64,000 nucleotides of DNA from NCBI RefSeq assembly GCF_000143415.4, contig NW_003314307.1, forward strand, positions 816,859 to 880,858, given 5' to 3'. Below, piece by piece: positions 35,785 to 50,419 of the stretch. The stretch's first letter is position 1, and each line of letters starts with the position of its first letter. Source of the DNA: Selaginella moellendorffii. Taxonomy: Eukaryota > Plantae > Lycopodiophyta. The position numbers were made by a program, and so were the translations under genes. The notes beneath the pieces were generated by a model. It made no database searches and was not told where the DNA came from. It saw only the letters and a program-made list of their open reading frames with translations.

Positions 35785-38700
35785 TGTGAGGTCCAAGTGT
35801 ACGGCTACGATGCCATATATTAATATTAGCATAGTGGGATTTTGGTAGCTGTCAGATTGGTTTCAATCCAGACCACTTGCTCTTGTATATAAACTAGGGT
35901 TTTTGGGTTAATTAATATGCACATTTTCTGTATTCCCTTTTTATATTTAATGCACTCACATTGGTGGAGATGAGGGGCATCTTTGATTGTCCTTGAGGAG
36001 TGTTTAAATTTGGGATTTTTGGTTTAGATATAACTTTTGCATCATCTAGGTTTAATTTTTTCCATTTCCTTTTTTTTATTTTTTCCTTTCAAGATCTAAC
36101 TTTTTGCATTGTCTAAATCTCCCTTTCCTTCTAGCCTTTTTTCATCTCTTCTTTTGTTTTTTCCTTTTCGTTCATTTTCATAGTAGATTAGTAATCTCAT
36201 TCTCTTTTGACTCTAGAGCAGCAATTGGTACAATTGCTTGATGCTATATGATTGCAATTGAACAACCAAACTCAATTGATGGTGGCATTCATGGCATGTA
36301 GTACAACTCTTCCTATTTTTAGTGCCAATTCTTGTGTTCAGCCGAAGTTCTTTTGCGGGAATCTTGGGGATAATGTGTACCATTGATTCGATCACTTCAC
36401 GGTGATTGCCATATATTATTCTTGGGATGATGCTTGACGTTTGCATGAATTTCCCACATGTCTCCAAGGGACAGCGTTGCAGTGGTACAATTGTTTGAAC
36501 GCAGCCACTTGTGAAGATTGGAATATTCTCCCGGACGTCTTTAAACATGCATTCGAACATGCCAACGATTGTGATGATGCTTTCCAACAATTGCATTATT
36601 TTTGTCAAGGGCCATCTAAGTTGGTGATGCAATTTAGCATTCATTTCCGAAGCCTCTTGCTTCATGCAGAGCCAAATATGTTGAAGCGGATCAAGCTAGG
36701 AATGTTGTGGCCAGTACTTCGTCAAGATTTTGTCAAACTTATACATGCACTTGCTCCTGCCACCCTTGACAATGCTCTTCGCTTGGCACAACATTATGAG
36801 ATGTCGCTTCTTCCACTTCTCGCTTCACATCCTTCAGCTCCACTTCCTGTGGGTGATGGTCTTGTTCCAATGGAGGTTGATGCTACTACTGCTCAAGTCC
36901 AAGGACAAGAGCGAGGCTGTGGTTGTGGCTGTGATATTCGTTATTGGGTGCTTGATGAAGTTGGTCACACTTATCGGCATTGTCGGTGTTTTCCAAATTA
37001 GTAGCCACTATTTCTTGAGTGGATACCTTGGCATCAATAACATCTTTTTGGTGTTGCTGTAGTAGAAGGTTTGAACACTAAGATGCATTCGGGAAATAAG
37101 GAGTGGCGTGAGTAACGGAGGGACCTTGTGCGAATAAGTTAGTGACCCCTCAATATTTCTTTCGAAAGTATCATCAAGGGGTTCACTTGGCACCAGTTCA
37201 TCCAGTGTTTACTTTCCAAGCTTATTTTTATAACAAATGGTCTCCTATTATTTTCTCTGTGTTGGTTGATATAGGTTCGAGTTTATCTTCTATTGCTTGA
37301 CCTGTTGCCACAAGTTGCCATTTACACTTGCGTCGTGCAGTGGAGCCAGTTTTCATTATTTATGGCAACGGCCGTACATATGCATGTGCACAGGATGAGG
37401 CAGACCTAGTTGTGCATGTGAACGATCCCGAGCTTGGGTTGCAATCATTGTAGGTGGTGCTAAGTCAAGCTTTTGACTTCATCCTTGGTATAGATTGATT
37501 GCAACACAATCATGCCAAGTGTGACTTTGAGGCTTCTCCCCCTTGTCTCATATTTCTTTATATTTCATCCATTCTTCTCACTTCTGTATTCTTCGTCCCT
37601 CTAATTCTACCTCTGCTTCTATTTCTTTTGTCCCCCCACTACTTCCTCTTATGTTTCCATCTTGTTTTGCTTTTCTCTTTTCCGATTTAGCATTTGTGGA
37701 TTTTCTAAACGAGGATTCTGTGCCGTCGGGGGTTTCTGTACTTGACATTTAGTGTCCACAAGGTGCGGAGCAAAATCTACCTTCTCTTAATGAGGTTCAC
37801 GAGGCTCAAAAGATTGAGCCATGGATTTGAAAGCTTCGAGATGGGTTTGAGAATCCTAGATCACTTGCTAATGACTTGCTTTTCCTTCATTTACATTCTC
37901 AATATCGCCTTGAAGACGGCCTTTTTTATTTTGTGAAGATAGATCCTGATGATCCTTTATAGCTGGGGATGCCTTCTGTCTTTATTCTACGGTTTCTCCA
38001 TGCCTACCATGATTCTCCTATTCTAGACGAACATATGGGATATCGTTGTGTGATTGAAAAGTTGCATAAATCTTTCTATTGGCCGAAGATGCAATGTGAT
38101 GTTATTCAATATGTGTGTAGTTACATTTGGTGCTAAGCCCGTAATACTCCTCTTTATTCCTCGGAAAGACAATTGGAGTCAATTGCAATTTCCCGTCCGT
38201 TTAAGTTGGTGGCGTTTGATCTTATAAGACCTTTTCCACGATCAATTATTAGCAATGAGTATGTTATTATTGCTTCTGACTATTTGACTCATTGGGTGGA
38301 AGTTGGTGCTCTTGCTAGTGCCTCTGCAACTGTTATTAAATACTTCTTCCTCAATCGAGTGGTGTTCTAGCATTCTTGTCCATAGCGGATTCTTTCGGAC
38401 AATGGTCCCGCATTTATGGCTGAGGCATTTCATATTTTGATGTCTCAGTTGGGGATACACCACACCTTCACAAATGTTTATCATAAATACAAATGGTTTG
38501 GTGAAACGGCTCGTTCGGACGTTTAAAGGGATGATTGCAAAGTATGTGAACTTTTAGCATTCGAATTGAGATGGTTATTTGCCTTCTCTTTGGTATGCAT
38601 ATGTCACAAAGGTGCAGAGTTCTATTGTTGCTTCACCATATAAACTTCTATGTGGTCATGATCTAATATTGTTAACAGAGTTGGGTTTACCTTCACAATT

Positions 38701-39284
38701 GTCACGAGCTGCCGATGCTAGGTTGTGGGATCAGTATTTGACGAGCATTCTTCCACTTGTTCGAGTAGAGTCTACCAAACACTTAAGCCACGTACAAGTG
38801 GGACAACAATAGTGCTACAAGTCCCATCATCGTCCGCCTATGGAGTACAAAGTGGATGATATGGTGTTAGTCTGTTTTCCCCATTTTATAGTATGTGGTT
38901 TATTTAAAGGGCTCCTTGCTCAGTGGAAAGGACTATATTGAGTGTTGTGGCAAGTTGGACCACAAGTTTATAAGATTTGGCATGATATCCATAGGCAAAT
39001 CCTCCAAAAATTGTGCATATGCAACAATTAAAACGTTTCGTATAAAAGGATTAGAAAAAATTAATACCACCTATAGATCCGCTAATGCCTCCTTCTAACG
39101 TTCCTCCAGATCCTAGCCCATTTATAAAAGAACTTGATGGTCTTTCATTATTCCGAGAAGAAGGGATGATATAAAGTCCAAGTCCAAGTGTATGGTTACA
39201 ATGTTATATATTAATATTAGCATAGTGGGATTTTAGTAGCCATCGGATTAGTTTCAATCCAGACCCATCTTCCATGCACTCATA
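35785..39284 (+). mobile_element. Ty3/gypsy defective copy 2 (RT-RNase H deleted)
   Basis: 5' LTR 35785-35960; PBS TGGTGGAGATGAGGGGCATC 35962-35981; gag (PMEVDA), protease, integrase (FKLVAFD, ASDYLTHWVE, ILSDNGPAF); 3' LTR ~39170-39284; TSD ATCT on both sides. Confidence 0.95.
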
Positions 39285-39439
39285 ATCTGAAATTTTAGAG
39301 GTTTTTATTTCTGACCTAATTTAAATAATAAATTAACTATATTTAGTATTACTAAATATAAAATTATTACTATAAAATCCTAATTTATATATTAATCTTT
39401 ATTTATAAATATATCAAATTCAAATACAATACTAATAAC

Positions 39440-40740
39440 TAGTTCTTTTCCAATGTCTTTGATACCTCTAACCATGCATTTGTAATGTTAAGGAACATTA
39501 ATTTCTTGAGAAAAGTGAGATTGTTATTATTGTTGTAAAGTGTTCATTTCAAATTTAAAGCCTGTTTCAATGAAAGCATAAAACTTCAAATTCATCAATT
39601 TCACCCAAACAACCAAATAAATTGCTTATTTTTTGGTTTTTGGATAATTAACATTGCACAGACCATGTGTGCAAAACTTTTGCAGGACATAACCATATGA
39701 ATTGATCACATTGTTCTGGAGGATTGCCATATTGTTTTCATCTACAAAAACAATTAGCTAGAGTGCGTAAAGTTCATATAATAATTTGCTTACCACATAA
39801 TATTCCTCCAATCCAAACAAAATATTTGATTGTAGAACTTGCTCTAGGTTGACATATAGCTCACTAAATCTTATGAATAATTTTTTTTTTGACTTAGAAG
39901 TAGCTAAGCTTTTAATTGCTCAAAAGTATTGGTCCTCTATATTCTATAGTTACATACTCATGTTTGGGATGGTACAACTTTCTCGATTGCTTGGGCTTAC
40001 TTATTAATTGTTTTCTTCTGAGAGTTTTAAGGTTCTTAATTGGTTTTATTGTAAATTAAATTCCAATAGCATTTACTTTGTGAGGTTGTGACCAAGAGGT
40101 TGTGTCAATGTTATAGTAAATAAACAGTCCACTAAATCTTTAAAATGATATGTATTTTATTATAACTTAGCCTTTTATATAAGAGTGCATAAAGGTCTAT
40201 CGTAAGATAGAGGTGACCAAATCATTCTAGAAAGTTTTATATTAAAATATGCATTTAGAGAAACTTTTTTTCAATAGTGGGTAGCAAGTATTTTAAAACT
40301 CATTTAATAAGAAAGAGAATTAATAAAGGAATCAATGCTGGTAGTTCTTTATCTGAGAAATAATTAAAGTCTTTAAATGTAGAAAACAACTAAACCACCA
40401 TGTTAGCTAAGTTTGTAATTCTAAACTTGTATTCTCTATAAACATTACTTTCAACCCACTAAAATGTATAAATTTATATTACTTGTTTAAATTTTCTAAA
40501 GTGTTTGTACTTTTTAAACTCTAACACAATTAGTTATGCTTATCATGGTATTCACCTCGAATGCATTTTTTTATATGTTCATGTAACTCTACTCTTGATA
40601 GAGAAGGCAACTCCTCTTTCAGATAATTAAAATTTTATTTTTGGAACCATTATACATAATTCTAATGCTTCCTCAATTTTTTTATGCTTCATTACTCATG
40701 AAATTATAAAGCATTTGTGGTGTTGAAAATTTTATTCCAA
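39440..40740 (-). pseudogene. Decayed MULE-like transposase, subtype B
   Basis: Paralog of 20030-21310; SWIM remnant at ~41090-41375. Confidence 0.65.
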
Positions 40741-41919
40741 CATGATATACATTGTTCAAAAAAGAACTTAAAATAGCATTTCTCTTAGATAACTATTACC
40801 ATCAAGGATTATGCTCTATATAAAAGGATTTTCTGTTAAAGAGAACTTAAATAAAGGAGTTCAGAAAAATATTTTTATACACTAAAGAATATTTTATTAA
40901 GGTTTTAGCTGTAATATTTTTATTAAACAGATATTTTTAAAATAGTAATTTAAGTATCTAAACTTTATTGGAAATAGTTTCTATTTGATAGAGGCTTTGC
41001 ATTATCACCTAATTTAGAAAAAACTTATTATTTTAATATCTAATAATTAGTACTTATATTAATTATTAAAGTTATATATCTATATTATATCAATATCTAT
41101 TTGTTTCACCTCATATTCAGATGTTATAATGAATCCAAAGTCTAACACTTAGATCCATCCTATGCAAAGGATAAAATACTCTAGAATTTTAACATTTAAA
41201 GAATTATGTGTAATTGCAACTTTGTTGTAAAGCTTTCTATTTACAGTGTCACTTCCATAAATGAGAATCATATACTCGTGATGATGATATTGCTGCTTAA
41301 CGTTGATCTTTTACTTTTAATTATAATGCCTTTGAGTATGTTGTCTTTGCTTCATTTGACCAAGTATTTGTAATCTCATATATTTGTTGTTTCTCGTCTA
41401 CTAATATCAAATCAAGAAAGATTTAAAGAACTTGAATTGTAATTATAAATTTTGTATATATGTACAGGGCATGGTTGAAAGAAGAATATAGCATCTAATC
41501 TACAATAAAATCTTGGAGAAAATTAAGTTCCTTATACACTAATGAAAAAAGTTAAATATACTTATGTAAATACGTTTGTGAATAGGCTTATACAGATTTA
41601 AAGTGACCAAACACTATAAATCTATAATTGGTTTGCTTAAGCAAACCTGTAGCAGTATTGACTATATTTAAATATGCTTGGAGATTCTAGGATATTTTAA
41701 TAGCTAATAGTTGTTGTTCATTTAGATTAATATTTTTATTTATAATTTATAATCTTTCCTAAACACTTTATAGTATATTCTTGCTTATTCTACTATCGAT
41801 ATGGAATAATATTAATCTTGACTTATAAATTATAAATATGTTTATAACCATTGATCAATTAAAATACTCAATGAATGCAGAGATAAGTATTGTCTCTCAT
41901 ATTTTTTATCCTTCACCAT

Positions 41920-42530
41920 GGTGTGCCAGCTAAGATCCTTTTGCGTCTTTTCAGGAGCCATCTTTGTTTGGGTTTTATGGACAGCTCCATCAACCTTGCA
42001 TCACACTCTTTCCTTGCAAAGTTTATCAACCTCCCGAGATGAGCTTTTCTCTCATTGAGCAAGCATGCTGAGTAGTGGATTCCATCCAGATTTCTCTCCC
42101 AGATTTGTGAGTGGAGCCTCTTCTCTGCTAAGTCGCTGTGTGCCTCGAGCGCCACCATGAAAGTCTGAGCGTTTGGCTGCTGGCTTGCTCATAGCACTCA
42201 AGAGCAAAGGTTGTTCTCAGCATATCCCAGGAAACAATGTTTTCCTACTCCATGCAAAGTCTCAGCGTTTGGAGACAGGCCAGCTTCTTGTTCCATCTGA
42301 TAGAAGATGTGCTGTCCCATGATGATCGTGTTCCAGGCAGCCAACGTCATGTTTATTTGTCCTCCTGAACACTTCTGATGCTTCCACATGTCCACGAGGC
42401 TGCTTGCGACGAATGCATCGGCTTTGTATTCACAATTTGCGAGGTAGACCAGCCTATCCTATTCTTCGTCCCATCCTGTTGAACTACCTGTGTTGCAAGC
42501 CGCAGTGTAGACTTCGACCATACTTTCACA
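41920..42530 (-). pseudogene. PPR fragment (unit paralog)
   Basis: DAFVASSLVDMW..TLAAWNTIIMGQHIFYQME.EAGLSPNAET. Confidence 0.7.
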
Positions 42531-42899
42531 ATTGCACTTGCTTGATTCCCGGCTTGACTCTGGAGAAACTTATCTGGCTGCTATGCCCTGCACTGCTTCT
42601 TCTTATCGAAATTGAGATTTGAGCGCCTGCAAGAACAGAGAGCAGAAGTAGTACGTTACCTTTTCTCATACCTTTCGTCTCAAGCAACTTCTCTGGCCTT
42701 TGGATGTGCACTAACGTCCGCCTCTAGAGCATAGCTCAGTCAAATCGAAACTTGGTAGGTTCTTGCTCTATTTTCCAGTCCATGTTCCGAGCCAGCTGTG
42801 CAATAACTTCCAAGTCTGGTAGTTGACCCTCGTATGTGATCTTCACTGTCCGTGAGCAAGAGCCTGCTGTCTTCTTGCTCTGCAACTTCATCTCCTTGA

Positions 42900-43708
42900 N
42901 NNNNNNNNNNNNNNNNNNNNNNNNNNNNNNNNNNNNNNNNNNNNNNNNNNNNNNNNNNNNNNNNNNNNNNNNNNNNNNNNNNNNNNNNNNNNNNNNNNNN
43001 NNNNNNNNNNNNNNNNNNNNNNNNNNNNNNNNNNNNNNNNNNNNNNNNNNNNNNNNNNNNNNNNNNNNNNNNNNNNNNNNNNNNNNNNNNNNNNNNNNNN
43101 NNNNNNNNNNNNNNNNNNNNNNNNNNNNNNNNNNNNNNNNNNNNNNNNNNNNNNNNNNNNNNNNNNNNNNNNNNNNNNNNNNNNNNNNNNNNNNNNNNNN
43201 NNNNNNNNNNNNNNNNNNNNNNNNNNNNNNNNNNNNNNNNNNNNNNNNNNNNNNNNNNNNNNACTGCTGCGTCGTGACCATCGCGACGATGGTGGTGGTG
43301 GTGGTGGTGGTTGTGGCGTCCTCCATGGTGGTGACCATGGTGGTGACCATGGTGGTGAACAACCAGAGGAGCTCCATCACCGTGATGATGATGGTACACT
43401 GCTGCTGCTGGAGCTGGATGGTGCTGGCGAGCATGATCGAGGATAGCAGGTGCTGGAGCTAGATGAGCAGGGTGCCCGTGAGCAGGGTGAACGAAATCAG
43501 CTGGCACTGGGGCTCGATCTGGAGCGTCACCTTGAAGAACTAGAGCTAAAGCTGGCGCTGGCTCGTGGCCTTGGTGTCCATGGTGGTGTGCTGGATGTGC
43601 TGGAGCTAGAGCTGGAGCTCGCGGGTGTGAAGCTCGGTGATGGCTGCCATGCCAGGGCGCTTGAGCTCGGTGGGCAAGCATTGGGGCAGCGTGAGCGCTA
43701 GAGACCAT
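42900..43708 (-). CDS. His-rich membrane protein, copy 4 (5' ~148 codons open; remainder in N gap 42900-43262)
   Basis: ATG at 43708, open to the gap; HMA-like tail resumes at 42736-42899. Confidence 0.5.
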
Positions 43709-45110
43709 AGCTTACCTGACGAGAGCTTTGACAATAGAAAAATCCAAGTGAGAAAGATTATAACCTAACCCTTGACTTAGAAAAAATAAAGAGGTACTTT
43801 TGGCTTTGTGAAAAAAAAAACGAGTGGACTTGAGAGCTGGTGACATGGATTGTTAGCAAGGGTGCCATGGGGCTTGAGCATGCCAAAGAGCGCAAACCTA
43901 GATGTGAACAATGATTTAATTTCACAATCACGAAATGCTCTAGGTACAAATATTTCCAAAAGAGAAAACAATTTTAATTTGATGGCAACTCCTTTTTAGA
44001 CTCAATCCTAATGTAGTGAATGAAACTTTTTTACTCGCTTTTTAAACCTCTGAAAACTTAGCACTCATTAAATGCAAGTCATGGAACTCATGGAGACACA
44101 AGCCATCAGTGTGCACAAACTACTTCCTTTTGCAAAAAAGTGGGAAAAAGGAACACAAGATAAATATCTATCCATTTTTGTTTTGATATTCTCAAGGTGC
44201 AACATAGCTCTATATTGATATTAATCCATAGCTCGTCCAGAGTAAAATTGGTCAAAATGCCTGGAATGATCTAACAATTGAACATATTTGGAGATGCTGG
44301 TATTGATCCCAAAAATCCAAAGCTTTTATTTTCACCATTCTAGTACTCATCCATAAGGTTTGGAAGGATCAGCAAGCTTTTATAGCCAAGCAGCTGCATG
44401 GAAATGGTATGTACATACTCAAGGTCATGAAATCTCATTTTGGCAACATCCTATGAAGTGTTCCAGGTTTAAGGCCAAGGGATTTGTGGAGCATACCCTC
44501 AAAAGAGATGTGTGTGGAATCCACAGGATGGGCTGCTTGATATATACGAGAGGAACTCCTTGCAAAGCTGTTCCAGATCATACCAATTTGATTTATATTG
44601 TGTTGGTTTTGCCAATTGCTTTAATCATCCTCTTGAATAACATTGCAACGAAAAACACTAGGGTGAATATTATGTATTATTATTATAACTATTAGTAACA
44701 CAAATATTATTTGGTATTTTGGTTTGCTAGTAAACATATTTAGCTACATAATTGTATAGCTAAAAGTATTTTAAAATGAGTAACTTTTCTTTCTTACAAA
44801 ATTTTAAAATTGGAAATGTCTCCTTCACATTCTTTCAATGTTTAAGCACATTTGCTTTTGGTGTCTCATAGCCCCTGAACAAAAAATTAGAGATATTGGG
44901 CACACTTGATCAATTCAAAGAAACTAATCATTAAAAGCTTACTAGGTGATGTACAATTTGCTAATAGAGAGAGCCAGGTCAACAAAAAGAGTCATTAAAA
45001 ATAAAATTTTAAAATATTCTGGTATACTAAAGAATATTTTCTTATGGAAATATTTTTATTAAAGAGGTATTTTAAACAAACTAATAATTTAAATAATATT
45101 TAAATATGAG

Positions 45111-45262
45111 TGGCTCCGTACAAAGCAAGGGGCTTCGGAAATGAATGCTAAATTGCATCACCAACTCAAATGGCCTTTGACGAAGACGCTGCAATTGTTT
45201 TAAAGCATCATCACAATCATCAGCATATTCAAATGCATGTTTAAAGACGTCCGGGAGAATAT
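45111..45262 (-). mobile_element. ~150-bp gag fragment of the local gypsy family, inserted inverted as filler
   Basis: Matches ~59167-59318; replaces ~400 bp of A block (equivalent to 14190-14591); microhomologies TGG and AATAT. Confidence 0.85.
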
Positions 45263-46710
45263 CAATTCCATAATTAAGAATTATATACTTGTAATGATAA
45301 CATTGTTATTTAATGTTGATACTTTTAACTACCACCTTCAAGTGTAATGCTTTTGAGTATGTTGCCTTGCTTCCTTTAATTATGTATTTGTAATTTTCCC
45401 ACATTCATTCTTTCTCATTTTTATAGTTTCTTGAGAAAAGTGCTAAAGTTGAGTTTGTGGTTATGGTTGTAAAGTGTTCTTTTCAAATTTAAAGTTTGCT
45501 TCAAATAAAGCCCAAAGTTCCAAATTCATCAATTTCACCCCTTCTTCATCTAATAAAATACATAGTATATATTTTACTTTCTGGATAATTAACACTACAT
45601 AGACTATGTGAGCAGAACTTCTATAGGATATAACAACATGAATAATCCCAATATTGTGGAGGATTGCCATATTGTTGTTATCTACAAAAACAATCAAATG
45701 GAGTGTGTAAAGTTAATATAGTAATTTGCTTACTATATAATATTCCTCCAATCCATGTAAAACATTTGATTGTAGAACTTACTTTAAGTCGATATCTAAC
45801 TCACTAATTTCTATGAATCTTTCCTAATTTGACTTGGAAGCATCTAGGCTCTTCATTGCTCAAAAGCATTGGTCCTCTTTGTTCCATATTTATATACTTA
45901 TACTTGAGATAGTGCAAATGTATTTGTTGTATGGGCTCATTTACTCATTCCTTTCTTTTGATAGTTTCAAGGTTCTCAATTGGTTTTACTGCAAATTAAA
46001 TTCTAAAATCATATAAAGTTAATCTCATCACTTTTATTACTTTGTGACCAAGAGATTGTGTCAATGTTGTAGTAGATAAACATTCCACAAAACCCTCATA
46101 ATTACGTTGATTTTTTTATAACTTAGCCTTTTTTGTAGCATAGAGATGACCAAGTCATTCTAGCATGTTTTATTTGAAAATATGCATTTAGAGCAATTTT
46201 TTTTTTGATAGCCATATCATATGGTAAATTTCAATAAGATTTATNNNNNNNNNNNNNNNNNNNNNNNNNNNNNNNNNNNNNNNNNNNNNNNNNNNNNNNN
46301 NNNNNNNNNNNNNNNNNNNNNNNNNNNNNNNNNNNNNNNNNNNNNNNNNNNNNNNNNNNNNNNNNNNNNNNNNNNNNNNNCAGCGAAGTCTGTAGTTATA
46401 GAATTGTATTTTTTATAAACATTACCTCCAACCCACTATAAACGTATAAACTTGTAGTATTTATTTGCATCTTGTAAAGTCTTTATATCTTTTAAACTAT
46501 AGCAAAACCACTCATGGTTATTATGGTGTTCAACTTAAATACATTAACCAGTGCGTTCATATAAACTTTATTCCTAATGGAAAAGGCAACTCTTTTTCAT
46601 TTAACTACAACTTTGTTTATATCACCATTATAGACAATTCTAATACCTTATCAATTTTTTTATGCTTTGTTACTCATGAAACCATAAAACATTGATGGTG
46701 TTGAAAATCC
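45263..46710 (-). pseudogene. Decayed MULE-like transposase, subtype A (contains N gap 46245-46380)
   Basis: ORF 45461-45697 ends LDEEGVKLMNLELWALFEANFKFE; paralog of 14590-15970. Confidence 0.65.
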
Positions 46711-48241
46711 TAATCCAACTTAATATATATTATTTAGTAGTGTTTAAAAAAGAACTTAAAATGGCATCTCTTTCAAATAGCTATATTTGCTAATATAAGG
46801 AGCTTGTAAATAGTGAGCCAAGGGAGTTGACAAAAATATTTTGATACACTAAAGAATATTTTATTAAGGTTTTAGCTGCAAACAGTTTTATTAATCACAT
46901 ATTTTAAATAAACTTAATAATTTAAATAATATTTACATCTGTTTAACTTACCACCATCTAATCTTTGTGGCAGAGGTTTTGGGTTATCACCTAATTTAGA
47001 GAGTAATTTTTTAATTTAATATTCAATAATTAGTATTTATACTAATTGTTTAATTTATATATTCATATTAAGTTAATACAATACCAATATCTATTTTTTT
47101 CACCTTATGTTCAAACATTATGATGAATCCAAACGTTAACATTTAGATCCATAATATGCAAAGGATGAAAGACTTTCAAAGTTTAATGTTAAAAAAAGTA
47201 TATGCAATTGCAACTTGGAAATTAGTTGATTATGATGTTGTGAAAATTCCCATTTACAATATCACTTTCTTAACTGAAAACTATATACTTGTTATTATGG
47301 TATTGTTGATTGATGTTCGTATTTACTTTTTAATAATATTGCCTTTGAGTATATTGTCTTTGCTTCCTTTGACCAAGTATTTGTAATATTCATATATTTA
47401 TTATTTCTCTTCTACTAATACAAAATCAGAAAAGATTTAAATAACTTGAATTTTAATTATGAAGTTTGTATATTTGTACAAGGCATTGTTGAAAGAGGAA
47501 TATAACATCTAATTTAGAGAAGAAATTATTATTTTTAATATTTAATATTTATTACTTATACTAATTATTAACATTATATATCTATATTATGTTTTCATTA
47601 CCTTTTTAGTGTAATTACAAGAAATTACCTATATTTTTTTCAATCTAATTTATAGATAAAATTTATTTTACTTTCAAATGCAATATCAATATCTATATTT
47701 TTCACCTCATATTCAGATGTTATAATGAATCCAAAGTTTGGATCCATCCTATGTAAAGGATAAAATACTTTAGAATTTTAACATTTAAAGAATTATGTGT
47801 AATTGCAACTTTGTTGTAAAGCTTTCTATTTACAGTGTCACTTCCATAATTGAGAATCATATGCTCATAATGATGGTATTGCTGCTTGATGTTGATTTTT
47901 TACTTTTAACTATAATGCCTTTGAGTATGTTGTTTTTGCTTTCTTTGACGAAATATTTGTAATCTTCATATATTTGTTGTTTCTCATCTACTATTATGAA
48001 ATCAAGAAAGATTTTAAAAACTTGAATTGTAATTATAAAGTTTGTATATATGTACAGGGCATGGTTGAAGAAGAATATAACATCTAATCTACAATAAAAT
48101 CTTGGAGAAAATTAAATCCCATATATACTAATGAAAAACATTCTATATACTAATGTAATACGTTTGTGAATAGGCTTCTATAGATTTAAAGTGACCAAAC
48201 ATTATAAATCTATAATTTTTTTGCTTAATCAAACCTAGCTA

Positions 48242-50415
48242 TCTATAATAATAAGAACGAAGGGCCTAGATCCCCAGAGCCGTCTGATCACGGGCTCGGG
48301 GCAGCCTCAGAAGCCATGGTTCTTAGGAAGGGGAGGCCACCCCAGGCCTAGGCCAGGGCCAGTGGCCATGGTTAACGGGAATATCGGCTCAATGTTGTGG
48401 CAGCCAATGGGCGGGATGCACGTGTGGCCGGGAAGGGAAGAGGGCGTGGTGACAATTGTTATGCCATGCACTCCTAGGGCTCCATGGCTGCTCTGCTCGG
48501 ATGGGGTTGTGTGGGCATTCCCGTGAGAGTCTGTGCGTCTGTAAGCTCCTAGAGGAGGTAATAGGGGCGAGTAGAATGGTAGTTGGACACACAATCCAGG
48601 TTCCTCTTGGGATCAACTCAAGACTGTGAGAGGCAAATTGGCTCATCTCCAACTCAGCAAAGCTTTGATCCCTGTTCACCACTGCCTCAAGAGCTCTATA
48701 GCTTTGGCCTACAAGAAAGCAATTATCAAGGACACTCCCTCTTCATCCCTGGATTCTCTCGAGGAATCCCTTGCTGCTGGGCCTGGTGAGGTATTGTTGT
48801 TTCAGCACATGCTCGGGATCAACTCCGTTGTAGGAACCAAGTGTTTCGAGTTGATGTAGGGCTGTCGAGTTACTGTGCCAGCCAACACTACTCCTGAAGT
48901 TTTGGAAATCCAACACAGCACTAATGTCTGGGTTCTCTTCAAAGAGAAAGAGGCGCCACCGCAAGCATCACCTGGTTTAGCTTCGTTTTTAGATTGAGGT
49001 AAGTTGTAAGTTTGGATATCTTTGTATTCTATGATAAGATTTTTTCTCCGTCTGATACTGCTTCCATCAAATCTAAAATTTAGTTCCAGTTTCCGAGATT
49101 CTGAGGGCTGGTTTCAACAATGCGTGCTTATGGGCTTTCTCAGGTGTCTGGGATGCTGTGCCAGGTAACCTGATGTTGGTGTATGAGCAACACTTTGGGC
49201 TGCAGCTCAAAATTGCAAAGCTCTGGATTATGAGGCAGAGATTGGTAAACACAACATTGGAGTTATTATGTTGTTCTTGAGTGTGCTTTGCAAAAGTCTA
49301 ATATTTTCCTTTCAGATCATTACATAGTTCTGAATTTTATATATATCCAACTGTAGTCTGCATTTCTATTCTGCATAAACTTCTATACAAACTCAATTAA
49401 AGATATATATAAGCTTAAAATCTATAATCAAACTGACTGAAAATGCCTCGCCCCCACGATCTTTTGAGAGCCATACAACATAGTAAACAATCTAATGGAG
49501 ATTTAGATGCCTCTGAAACTATGATTGATCATGATACACATACTATAGCTGTTCAAAATAATCATGATAATGATTCTATACACCAAAATATTAAAATTGG
49601 AGGTAATATAACTTGGTTATTTTGAAGAGTTTTCATCTTTAAAATGCAATGCATTACAAAAAGTACAAACAAATGATAAACTACCGATATTAAAATTTAT
49701 AATGTTAAAGTCATTAAAAATGCTATGGCTTGCTAGTGTGGTATTAATGGGTGGGATTGGTGGATTTAATATTGCTTGATATATGTAATCATCATAATGA
49801 CATGCATGTAAGGTTCTAAATGCTTATGACTATCCAACTGATTGGTGTATATAATCATTATCATGATCACCTTTACTATTTGATATTAGACACTACAATA
49901 GTGCTCTTGCTTTTGCATCTATGTCTTCTAATATTGATATTGTAAAAGCTCATGGTCCTTATTGCTTTAAAATCCATGGTCAAATATATCATAATATTGT
50001 ATCAACACATCCTTCTGAAAGTCAATATAAAACTTATGGACAACTTTATATGCTTGATACTCTAGAAGCTATAGATATAAGAAAGCAAAACCCTTTTAAT
50101 TCAAGATGTAAGACAAACTTATTTAAACATCTTGATGCTCTCCTTCATCATGCTCAAGCTTTCAAAATGATGTATGAAATGGAACAAGAAGAAATTTGTT
50201 TTGCTACACTTTCAGGTTACTCTATATATAGTGTTTACATGTTATTAAAAACTGAAGGAACTAATCCACGATGCTATAATGCTTCATGGACAAATGATGT
50301 TGTTGTTGTGTTTGTTAGTGATGATGGAGAACTGCCACATAGTCATGAAATTTGTATATATCCAACTATAAGCAATTCTAAATGTATCTCAACACTTGAT
50401 TATAATTGTGATCCA
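48242..50415 (+). mobile_element. Helitron copy 2, 3'-truncated at the inversion breakpoint
   Basis: Same 5' end and left flank (ACCTAGCTA|TCTATAATAATAAG) as 22310; RepHel N-terminal ORF 49921-~50415; homology stops after AATTGTGATCC. Confidence 0.92.
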
Positions 50416-50419
50416 ATAG

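Noticed and set aside
42736-43462. Long ORFs spanning N runs, apparently fusing His and HMA-like frames
   Set aside because: Frame continuity across gaps is an artefact of estimated gap length.
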